NCBI GenBank assembly: GCA_028534125.1
Contig: CM052832.1
Location: 18,478,001 to 18,542,000, forward strand
Length of the DNA: 64,000 nucleotides
Direction: 5' to 3'
DNA from: Lama glama
Taxonomy: Eukaryota
Below are positions 50,139-60,959 of the stretch, piece by piece. Made by a program: the position numbers and the translations under genes. The notes under the pieces are model-generated. The model had not been told where the DNA came from and ran no database searches. It saw nothing but the letters and a program-made list of their open reading frames with translations. Numbering within the stretch: the first letter of the stretch is position 1; each line of letters opens with the position of its first letter.

Positions 50139-50749
50139 GTATATCAAAAATATTATCCACAGTCATAAGTTTAAAATTCTATCTTGCCAACTAATTTATG
50201 TAGAACTTGACTGTTATCTTAATTGATATGACAGTAACAATTAGAAAAAGGTCAAATCTTAATCTACCTTGCCAGTAGTAACCTAAATAAACATGTCCTG
50301 TGACTAAAGTATGCCTCAGTATTTGTAAAGGGCTTTCTTGTGTGAATCCTTCCATGGGAAGAAGAATGAAAACCAAGAGTTAGGGCCTCTTTAGAATCAA
50401 GAAGTTTGGACAAGTGAAAAAAGGTAAAGCATTTTAAATGAGAAGTAGAAGTAAGACCAGTTTTCTTCCTTGTTTAAGTTTTTGAACGTGCAGTATATTT
50501 ACATGTTTTATTAATTTCATCTATGGAAGGTAATGAGTTGTTACCTATCAGAAGATGTAGTACGGGAGAAAAAATGGAAATAGGTGGGAAGAATTTTTTT
50601 TACTGTATTTTTTTTACTGTATTCTTCATATGTCCCTTTATGAATGCATAGGCAAATAAGAAAATATTTTCTTATTTTCACCCCTATTTACCTTAAAAAT
50701 AATACTCTATATGCAGTGCATTGCACCTTGATTTTTTAAACATAATCAT

Positions 50750-51770
50750 CAGAACCAGGCTCAGATATGACACGTATGTAGGAATTCTTAGACAGAGAAT
50801 TTTAAATAACTGTAATTAATGTATCAAGGGCTCTAATGGAAAAAAAATTGCAATGTGCAGTAACAGGTTGTCAGTAGAGAGATGGGTACAACTAAATAGA
50901 ATAAAAAAGAAATAGTAGAAATCATGCAACTATAACATATAAAGAATGCTTTGATGAGCTCATAAGTAGTCTTAACATAGCTGAAGAAAGAATCAATGAA
51001 CTTGAATACAGGTCAGTAGAAACTTCCCAAGCTGAAATGAAAGAGAATGAAAGAAAAAAAAAAAACTTTAACAGAACATCCCAGAACTGTGGACAATGCC
51101 AAAATGTGTAACATAGGCATGACTAGAATATCAGAAAAAATAGAAAAGAAGAAAATGGGAAGAAGAAATATTTGAAAAATTATTGGCTGAGAACTTTCTG
51201 AAATTAATGGCAGACACCAAATGACAAATCCAAGAAGCTCAGAGAACACCAAACAGGATAAATACCAAAAAGAAAAATGATCAACAAGTACAATTACCTG
51301 GACATACATATTTAAATGGCAGGAAACCAAGACAAAGAGAACATCTTGAATGAAGTAGGAGGCAAAAAAAAACAAAAAAACAAAAAAAAAAACCTTACCT
51401 ACAGAGGAACAAGGATAAGAATTACAGAAGACTTCTTACCAGACACCACTCAAACATGAAGAAAAAATAAAATAAAATCTTTAAAGTAATGAAAAAAAAA
51501 AAAAAAAACCACCTGCCAAGCTAGAATTCTTTATCAATGAAATTACCTCAAAAATCAAAGAGAATAAAGACATTTTCAGGCAAATAAAAACTAAGGAAGT
51601 TTATTGCTAGCAGGCCTGCCATGCAAGAAAAGCTAAAAGATGGTAGATTTTAATCCAACTATATATCAATAATCTCTAAATGTGAATGGTCTAACTACAC
51701 CACTAACAGACAGAAATTGTCATATTTGATAAGAAATAAAGATTCCCAAAATATCGTGTCTGCATCATAC
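50750..51770 (+). mobile_element. Old L1 ORF1-region fragment
   Basis: agctgaagaaagaatcaatgaacttgaa, caaatccaagaagctcagagaacacc and agaggaacaaggataagaattaca are L1 ORF1-like. Confidence 0.75.
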
Positions 51771-51955
51771 TAATCGTAAAATGTAATTATACACAGAAAA
51801 TGATGTTCTAAAGAATAAAGAAGTCCCATGACAGGATATTAGGCAGAGGGCAGATACTTTACATGGGATAAGCTGGAAGACCAGTTTTCCCGCTGTCCTG
51901 AACATCATAGAAAACCATATGCAGAGTGGCTGGATGTGTCTCCTTTTTCTTTCAG

Positions 51956-52189
51956 AACCCTGTGTATAACTGGAGCCCTGAAATACAGGGGATCATCTTA
52001 AGTTCCATCTTCTATGGTGTACTCATCGCCCAAATTCCTGCTGGATATTTATCTGGAATATACTCCATAAAGAAAATGACTGGCGTTGCATTATTCTTCA
52101 GCTCTCTGTGTACCCTACTCATCCCTCTGGCAGCTGAATTTGGAGAAATTTGGGTCATTGTGTGCCGAATACTCCAGGGACTATTCCAG
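51956..52189 (+). CDS. SLC17A1: SLC17A1 coding exon, 234 bp
   Basis: tttcag acceptor, gtatga donor; NPVYNWSPEIQGIILSSIFYG...VIVCRILQGLFQ; conserved TM4 Arg retained (CGA 52166-52168). Confidence 0.95.
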
Positions 52190-52285
52190 GTATGAAGAGA
52201 ATGCAAAAACTGAGCCAAAAGTTTAAATTCACAGAAGGTGAATTTAAAAAGTATTGGAGATCAAATGTTCTAATCACTCTTTCAG

Positions 52286-52373
52286 GGGATAGCATTTACA
52301 ACTCAGCAAGTAATATGGGTCAAGTGGGCTCCTCCTTTGGAACAAGGCCGACTCACCACTCTGAGTATATCAG
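52286..52373 (+). CDS. SLC17A1: SLC17A1 coding exon, 88 bp
   Basis: tttcag acceptor, gtaatg donor; GIAFTTQQVIWVKWAPPLEQGRLTTLSIS(G). Confidence 0.94.
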
Positions 52374-52723
52374 GTAATGATGTAGGGCCTAGCATGTTTA
52401 ATCCCATTGTCCTCTCAGTCTAGCGTGTTCTTCCCTAGAGCCATGAGAAACATGTGTATTTTGAACTTTCAGGCTTTGGAAACCATCTATTCCAGCATCC
52501 TCACTTTAAAAGATGTGGAAATTGTCTTGGATGGAAAAGAGGCTTCCTTATCTTAAACAACAGAAAAAAGAGAAAAACAAATATTTTATTATTTTGTTTT
52601 GCTCAGTGTTATGTTATAGAAATTTATTTCACTGGAAATTGTTCACTGCTACCATGGAGCTACATTTTCTTGACTTCCAGATGCCTGCATTCATTAGAGA
52701 TGTTCTTTGTGCCTTCTGATTAG

Positions 52724-52810
52724 GACTCCTGCTAGGACCCTGTGTTGTCATGCTCTTGACTGGATTCATCTCTGACTCCCTGGGATGGCCCATGGTCTTT
52801 TATATTTTTG
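52724..52810 (+). CDS. SLC17A1: SLC17A1 coding exon, 87 bp
   Basis: attag acceptor, gtgagt donor; LLLGPCVVMLLTGFISDSLGWPMVFYIF(G); same length as the paralogous SLC17A2 exon. Confidence 0.94.
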
Positions 52811-54354
52811 GTGAGTCTCCTTCTATAAAATCCCAGTTATTATTAAGTATTTTTTAAACATTAAAATAAAAACCAAATATAATGTTCTTACTAAATCTAG
52901 TGATGATACACAAACCCTGCATCAGGAAAGGGGCTGGAAAACTTGGAACTGTCTAGCCTAGTGAAATGAAAACTTGAGACAGCATACCTTGTAGGACTGT
53001 CATATAAGAGAAATGTATACCTGCTCTGCATTACAAAACAAAACCTAACATGCAGGAATTACAAGGAAGGTGAAGTTTCAGCTCCACATAAGAAAAATTT
53101 TTCAATAATTATTGCTGCCCAACACTGCTGATCAAAAGTTGGACGAGCACCAATATTCATGTTATATTCCCATCTCAATGTCATATACATGTGTACAGCA
53201 ACATATGTCATTTGCAATTCTCATGGGTGTCCCATTCAAAGAAAGGGACTATATGCATTATACTATGATAACAGCCTTACCATGAATTGCCTCATGTGCT
53301 TTTTCTTATCACTTCAAATAGAGGACAAGTGTCATCATTTAGATGGTAGCAGTATAGAGATTTAAGTACCTGCCTCCACAACTCTTTTACAATAAATCAA
53401 CCCAGTGCCCATAGATATGAAATGACCTGCTCAAGTTAGTGGCAGAGGCAGAACCAAAACCAAGATTTTTTTTTGCTCCATTTGAATGGTCTTCTCAATA
53501 AACTTAAATAAATCTAAATCAAATCAATACTCTTTTAAAGAACAAAATAATATCTGCCTTCAGGCAGCTGATAATTGCTGGAGAAAATTACCAAACAGAG
53601 CAAAGTGAACCACACACTCATATTTGCACTTAAAACAACCTGGCTGTCCTGCTGTGTTTCTCTCCACAAATACTACTTCAACTTCTCAAAACTTCTCTGC
53701 TCTTCTCAAATCTCTATAATGTCTCCCTTTCCCTGCCTCCTCTTTCAAGCTACCTCCCTTTTAACAGTCAAAATTATTGCACAATCTGTGTATACCCACT
53801 GCCTCTGTTTCCTAGCCACCCACTCTCCCCTCAACTTACATCTGGCTAGTGTCTGACCCATTCTACTATGAAGAGCCCTTGCGGAGATCACTTATGGCTT
53901 CCATCAGAGCTGCTCTGAAGCCCACGCAAGAGGTGCCTTGTCCTGGATTCCACACTGTTGCGAGCCCATTCTGGACTCCCTCCTGCCAAGCCCTCTTCAT
54001 AGGGTAGAAGTCTGTGGCATCATGATTAGAAGTTCATCAGAACTCATGACCTTTCTAGTCATCACTCCCAGAAATTTTTGCTCATATACAGCCAAGACTT
54101 TTTCAGACCTGGCAGGACTCTTTCCCACATTCATTGAATTGAGGCTTGGCCAAGGTGGGTAGCAGACAAAGCTATTTGCAGGGAATATAGGTGGAGCATG
54201 ATAGAGAAGGCAAGAATTTCTACCAGAGCCATTCAAAACTCCTAGCAGTGTGAGAATGGATCTGGGTAGGAACAGAAGCGGTCAAGCCCCAGATCAGTGA
54301 CCAGGGATTTGTGACCAGTAGAATCTAAGAATTATAAATTTAAACCCAGCTCCC

Positions 54355-54850
54355 CTGTCTTTTTTCCCTTCAGGCTTCTTTCAGAATTTTTCTCTATCTT
54401 TAATTTTCTGCAGTTTGAACATAATATGCCTAGGTATAATTTTTGTGTGTATTAACTCTGTTTATCTTCTCTGAGCTTCCTCCATCTATGGTTTGGTGCC
54501 AATCGTTACTTTTGGGAAATTCTCAGTAATTACTGCTTCAAGTATTTCTCCTGTTTTTGTTCTCTTACTTCTCCTTCTGATATTTCCATTGCACATATAT
54601 TATACCATTGTAACTTTCCCACAATTTTGGTCTTGGATATTTTGTTGTGTCTTGTTTATTCTTTTTCTCTATTTGCAATTCAGCTTTGGAAATTACTATG
54701 GACATTTCCTAAAGTTCAATAGTTCTTTCTTTGATCTTGTCTAGTCTGTTGATGAGCCCATTAAAGATATTCTTCATTTTTGTTACGATGTTTTGATTTC
54801 TTAGATTTCCTTTTGATTCTTTATTAGCATTTCTATCTCTCTGCTTGGAA
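54355..54850 (-). mobile_element. Old L1 ORF1-region fragment
   Basis: Minus-strand translation MKNIFNGLINRLDKIKERTIEL is ORF1p coiled-coil-like. Confidence 0.7.
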
Positions 54851-54899
54851 TATGCCTGCCCCACATCCATGTCCCAGCCTTCCCTGAGCATAGTACCCC

Positions 54900-55112
54900 T
54901 TCCTTCCTCCCCTCGTAACCTCCTTCCATGGCTCTTGTCACTGACATTTACTACCTTTTATTTATTTACTTTTCATTATCTCTTTTGCTCATCCATTAGA
55001 AAGTAAACTCTGAAGCTTTTTGTCTGTTTTATTCGCTGCTGTATTCCCAGTACCTAGAATCATGCATAGTACATAATGGGCATTTCATCAATATTTGTCG
55101 AATGAATGAACG
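54900..55112 (+). mobile_element. L2 3' end
   Basis: ttcgctgctgtattcccagtacctagaatcatgcatagtacataat...caatatttgtcgaatgaatgaa. Confidence 0.75.
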
Positions 55113-55660
55113 CATCTCTGGTAGACTGACTAATGAGCACTATATACCCCTGGTCCTAAAAGAGTATTCCTTATGATCAGATTATTAGTATAAAAAATTC
55201 AAAACCAACAAATAATCTGGCAAATTCTTATCAGACTTGGATGATCCCTAAGGCCTAGGCTATATCTTAGGAGCGTGGCTAAGGTCTAGCTCTCAAAACT
55301 GGGTGATTGTCAAGCCCTGTGTGGGCTCCACTGTTCCATACTCTCACAGTAGAACACGTTAAGAATCTGTGGAGATGAAGGCCTAAGAGCAGGGAGGCCC
55401 GGCTGACCTTAGTGGAGAGATACAGAGGTTAGATTAGGAGAGGCCACAGGGCTTACCACCATTTCTATAATTTTCATTCTGTTGGGAGAGGCTGCTGTGA
55501 ATACAGGGAAAGCTAACAAAAATGTGAGCCTTGTTAAGAAAGTTTCAAGAAAGAAAGAGGAAGTCCAGGTTCTTGAACCAAAAATGAAAAATGTCAATTT
55601 AGAAAAGAAATTCACTACAGACAGAAACAATTCCAATTCTAACTTGTCCTGCTTTGATAG

Positions 55661-55779
55661 GTGCTTGTGGCTGTGCCTTAACTCTTTTCTGGTTCATTCT
55701 GTTTTATGAGGACCCAAATGACCACCCATGTATAAGCATTAGTGAGAAGGAATACATCACGTCCTCCCTTGCCCACCAG
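55661..55779 (+). CDS. SLC17A1: SLC17A1 coding exon, 119 bp
   Basis: gatag acceptor, gtaaaa donor; ACGCALTLFWFILFYEDPNDHPCISISEKEYITSSLAHQ. Confidence 0.95.
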
Positions 55780-55882
55780 GTAAAACACAGATGCTCCACT
55801 TTGGTATCTCTCAGATTCTGCACCAAATGAAATGTGTTCCAGCTTGTCATAATGTGCTAACGATTAATGGGTTCCTTTCCAG

Positions 55883-56044
55883 GACAGATCAAGTACATCA
55901 TCTCTGCCCATCAAGGCTATGCTTAAGAGTCTTCCACTCTGGGTCATTTCCCTCTGTAATTTTGCCATGTTCTGGACAAATAGCATCCTGAGTTTGTATA
56001 CACCAATGTTTATCAACTACAAGTTCCATGTTAATGTAAGAGAG
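55883..56044 (+). CDS. SLC17A1: SLC17A1 coding exon, 162 bp
   Basis: ttccag acceptor, gtaagc donor; DRSSTSSLPIKAMLKSLPLWVISLCNFAMFWTNSILSLYTPMFINYKFHVNVRE. Confidence 0.95.
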
Positions 56045-57040
56045 GTAAGCATACCTTCTGTTCTTCTGTTTTTAACTTTATGAAGGTCTCTGCACTCATT
56101 TCTTTTTCCCCCGTGACTCTCATCCTAGCTCTTGATCTCCCCCCACCACCAGTACTGTTTAGCTAATGTTCTCTACCTGGAGACTCACTGTTTCCAATCA
56201 TTATGTCAACAATGCCCAGAACAAAAGGTGTAGACACAACAATACACACTCGCCCACATTCCCACAGACTCCCTACCTTCCACCCGCTGTATGATCACCC
56301 TTGTGTATTACTTAAGGCTCAATACCATTGTTCTCTGCAGGGACTGGGAATCTTCCCTGAAAGTCAGTTGGCCAGGCTCTACCACCCTTCCCAGCTCCTA
56401 CCAACCCTCTCCCCAGAGGCAAGTCAAAGAGTCCTGGGTTGTGAACCCATGACTCAACATCTTGCTCTGAAAGGACTGGCATGCTCATTGGTTGTCTGAT
56501 TTGGAGAATCACTAGTGCCTGGAACCTTTTGTAGTTTGATGCCATAATAACAAGAAAAGACTCCTTGGAAATGGAGTCTAGGCTTGCCACTTTGCGGCCT
56601 TCTTTAATGAACTTACAGTAACCCAGGCTAGGGGCCAGTGCAACAGTGAGGTCATTTAAGCTGTGATTCGATTTTATCTTCCATGGATTTGTTGCAAGAA
56701 TTAAGAGCAGCTGGTCCAGAATAAGCACCTTATACATGTTTTCAATTGTTATCTTTATCTCTGTCATTTTTTCCAGGGACGGCATTTCCCATTCCTGTCT
56801 TAGTTTTCCACTCAACCATCTAGAACTTTCACATCCCATGATATTAGAAATAGAAGACTAGGCAGATTGTGACAACTGTTTCTGGTCTCAAAACTGCTTT
56901 TCTCTTTCTCTTGAGTAGTGTCTTCTGGGGTTGTATGTTGATGGTTTCCTGTAGGATGGCACAAATTTTAGACACTGAATTTCAATGTAGGGATTACTCT
57001 CTCTCTCATACTTACTCTTACAATAACATTTCCTCCCCAG

Positions 57041-57173
57041 AATGGGCTGCTGTCTTCCCTCCCCAACTTGTTTGCCTGGATTTTTAGTATCCTAGCAGGT
57101 CATATGTCAGATACCCTCCAGTCCAGGAATATTTTCAGCTTACTCACCATCCGGAAACTCTTCACTTCGCTAG
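57041..57173 (+). CDS. SLC17A1: SLC17A1 coding exon, 133 bp
   Basis: ccccag acceptor, gtaagg donor; NGLLSSLPNLFAWIFSILAGHMSDTLQSRNIFSLLTIRKLFTSL(G). Confidence 0.95.
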
Positions 57174-57253
57174 GTAAGGAGCTTCAAGCACTTGGGGCAC
57201 TTCATCCCCATCTTTGGGATGCACCTGACTGTGTTGTCTGAATCACTCCCCAG

Positions 57254-57401
57254 GACTTCTCCTGCCTGCCCTCTTCAGCCTATGCCTGCTTTACCCGAGT
57301 TCCAGCTTCTATAGCATTATCATTTTCCTGATACTTGCTAGTGCATCAGGAAGCTTTGCTTTGGGCGGAATATTAATAAATGCCTTGGATATCGCTCCCA
57401 G
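57254..57401 (+). CDS. SLC17A1: SLC17A1 coding exon, 148 bp; remaining exons expected beyond the window
   Basis: ccccag acceptor, gtaggg donor; LLLPALFSLCLLYPSSSFYSIIIFLILASASGSFALGGILINALDIAP(R). Confidence 0.95.
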
Positions 57402-57577
57402 GTAGGGTTTATAAAATCTCTTTCTTTCTTATATCCAAGTTCTCAAGGGTGTTTTAAGATTTCAACTATTTTGGAGTTGATGGCCAGCAAGCCAAAAGTT
57501 ATGAAGAAGCATTTATACAGGTCAGACATAACTTGAGTAATAATTAGGTACCTCATGATATATGTAAGTGTATGTAA

Positions 57578-57580
<3 letters not shown>

Positions 57581-57622
<42 letters not shown>
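57581..57622. repeat. (AT)n microsatellite
   Basis: Seen directly. Confidence 0.95.
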
Positions 57623-57626
<4 letters not shown>

Positions 57627-57627
57627 A

Positions 57628-57872
57628 AGTATAGCTGAATGATTAAGAGCGCGGATTCTAGAGTCAAACTATTGGTTTCTTGACCATTTTCCTCAAGCAA
57701 ATTACTTACCTTCTCTATGCCAGTTTCTCACCAATAAAGTGGGAGTAATAAGAAAATGCTTACCTTATAAAGTTATTAAGTGGATTAAATAAGTTAATAA
57801 GTTAATAGATGTCAAGTATATAAATAGTGCCTGGAGCATAGTAAACATGTATAAGGATTAGCTGCTCTATTA
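57628..57872 (+). mobile_element. MIR SINE
   Basis: gattaagagcgcggattctagagtcaaac...gcaaattacttaccttctctatgccagtttctc...atagtgcctggagcatagtaa. Confidence 0.75.
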
Positions 57873-59384
57873 ATATTGTTATTATATGCATGTTTATATA
57901 TTATTACTTCTTATGAAAATCCATCAATTAATAATATTTACTTTATAACTAAGGACATAAAGTTTAGATACTTAATTATCAGACTAAGATGTCACCACTT
58001 GGATGTTAATCCAGATCTATTTGGCAAAAAACTTTTGTTCATTTTACTATGTTATGCCTCTTTTAGATATAAGTGTGACTAATGGAAACAGTTCTGCCAT
58101 TTACACAACTTCAGAGGTGCTGTTCATGTTGTACTTTATGGAGCTAACAGTCTCTGGAGAACACAGACCCAATATGAACAGAATTCTCTGAAGTTTTGTA
58201 AAGCAGTGGTCCTGGGGTAGACAGGCAAAATCAATCAAGAATAAGCCCCTTTGTCACAATTCTGTAAAGACTCTTGCCCATCAGATCTATACAAGGTGAA
58301 TGCCAGAGTAATGAAGACAAGTATCCATTCAATTTATTCAGCTCTGAGACCCTCTTTTAAAATGCCTACAAATATTCTGATTACTTCGAATCATATAAAG
58401 ACATAAAAGAACTAATTGATATAGAATGCACAATGCCAACTGAGCCATATGCAGTTTGAAAAACAGGTAAATTAAGAATGTACATGCAAGTAGATAAAGG
58501 AAATTTTAGATAGCTACCATTTATTACTTTTATGTGCCTCATTTTTTAAATGAATATATGTGAAGTCACATGATTAGTGGAAAGTAGAGGGAGGGTTCAT
58601 ACCTCCATATGTCTGCCTCCACAGCTGACTAGCTGTAGTCACTCCTCACTAGTGTTATTTGCCAACACCTGGTCAGTAGGATGGGAAATACCTCAGCCAG
58701 CAATGGTTTGGATAACATAGAACTTGACCTGAGATACGTCATTCCAATGGGCCCAAATTTCATGTTAGCCAGATAATTTTATAGGGTCGGAGAGAATATA
58801 CTAATATACAATTTGGGAAAATTCTTTGTCTCTTAAGCTAGTTCATCCTCAATATCTAGGGCATATGTGCATTAAATTGCAACCATATCAAATTATATTG
58901 CTTAAACTTTTTTATTAGTGGAATGGAGATGACACGTGTTCCTAATCATATACCTCCATTGCCTATTAGAGTTCCTTTAATGGATAAATTTCTAAATTGT
59001 CCTTTTAGGAGAATTTGATCTTTGCTAGAACTGAAGAATAGGACAAGCATGACATTTGTTTGAGTAGAACTGAGGTGACAAGAAAGAAGTTCTGGAAGGA
59101 AGAAGAGACACACAGATGTTGTTCTATGAGAAACTTTGTTTGGGAAGTGAGATTGACTGAGACAGAGAAGGCCTGGGAATGTAGTGACCATCTCTTTGGT
59201 GGGTAGCAAGAGTAGACAAGCACAGAAGATTTTAAAGATGCTCTGTGATGCATTAAGAAGGTACTGTCATTCCCTTGACATTCTTAATGGGAAGATTTTA
59301 ATTACTTTTAATAATTTTGACTGAGAGATGCACCCTTGAATTTCCCTCCATGTGGGACTAAAGTATAGTTCAGATCTGAATCTT

Positions 59385-60531
59385 TCTAAAAATTTTTTTT
59401 AATTAATACTATATTTTATTTTATTTATTTTTGGTATTTTATTTACATACAGGGGATTTTTTAAATTGTAACAAAATACACACAATGTAAAATTTACCAT
59501 CTTAATCATTTTTAAATACACAGTTCAGTGGCAGTAAGTACATTCATGTTTTTGTGCAAACATCACCACCATCCATCTTCAGAATTTTACCATCACCCCA
59601 AACAGAAACTTTATACCATTAACTTTTTTTATTTTACTGAGTTATAGTCAGTTTACAATATTGTGTCGATTTCCAGTGTAGAGCACAATTTTTCAGTTAT
59701 ATATGAGCATACATGTATTCATTGTCACATTCTTTTTCACCATGAGCTACCACAAGATCTTGTATATATTTCCCTGTGCTATACAGTGTAAACTTGTTTA
59801 TCTATTCTATGTATATATCTATCAGTATCTACAAATTTCAAACTCCCAGTCTGTCCCTTCCCACCCCACTCCCCTCTGGCAACCACAAATGTGTATTCTA
59901 TGTCTATGATTCTGTTTCTGTTTTGTATTTATGTTCGTTTGTCTTTGTCTTTTCTTTTCTTTTTAGATTGCACATATAAGCGATCTAATATGGTATTATT
60001 CTTTCTCTTTCTGGCTTACTTCACTTAGAATGACATACTCCAGGGACATCCATGTCACTGCAAATGGCATTATGTTGTCAGCTTTTATGGCTGAGTAGTA
60101 TTCCATTGTATAAATATACTACATCTTCTTTATCCAGTCATCTGTCGATGGACATTTACGCTGTTTCCATGTCTTGGCTACTGTAAATAGTGCTGCTATG
60201 AACGTTGGGGTGCAGGTGTCTTTTTGAAGTAGGATTCCTTCTGGATATATGCCCAGGAGTGGGATTCCTGGGTCATATGGTAAGTCTATTCCTAGTCTTT
60301 TGAGGAATCTCCATACTGTTTTCCACAGTGGCTGCACCAAACTGCATTCCCACCAGCAGTGAAGGAGGGTTCCCTTTTCTCCACAGCCTCTCCAGCATTT
60401 ATCATTTGTGGACTTTTGAATGATGGCCATTCTGACTGATGTGAAATGATACCTCATTGTAGTTTTGATTTTCATTTCTGTGATAATTAGTGATATTGAG
60501 AATTTTTTCATGTGCCTATTGATCATTCGTA
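59385..60531 (-). mobile_element. Young 5'-truncated L1 (59622-60531) with an extra 3' segment, bounded by a TSD
   Basis: ORF 60119-60526 (-) is an open L1 ORF2 C-terminal stretch ([12 protein letters not shown]...[18 protein letters not shown]); tctgaatctt at 59375-59384 and 60539-60548. Confidence 0.9.
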
Positions 60532-60959
60532 TCAGACGTCTGAATCTTATTTAGGTTCTACTAAATCATTATTACACCAAAATATAAAATCAATAAAATT
60601 GAAAGTCTACTTCATGGACTATTTACACTTCCAAAATACTTTTACTATGGGCTATTGCAGCTGAAGAATAAGCAGTTTTAGAGCTAATTATTGTCCAAAT
60701 AATTGTCCTGCATTAAAAGAACCTCAAAGTTGTTTATATTCCTCATGTCAAACACATACCAGCATAAAGAGTTCCAGCTTGCTACTCTCACATCAGTGAA
60801 CTGCTTCATACTGTGGATGTGTAATGATTTTCAGAGGAATTGTCATGGTACTCAGGATGCTTGATACTAGGGACTCTGTTTATATCTCTAATCATGGAAT
60901 GAAAGCACCTCTTTCAGTAAAAAGTAGGTTAAATCTTTTCCCACCACCACAGCATGCTA

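Noticed and set aside
42650..57401. SLC17A1 as a pseudogene
   Set aside because: All nine coding exons seen have open frames, compatible phases and GT-AG sites; shared exon sizes match SLC17A2
60119..60526. 135-aa ORF with a Cys/His-rich motif as a host gene
   Set aside because: It is the C-terminal region of L1 ORF2p in a 5'-truncated element
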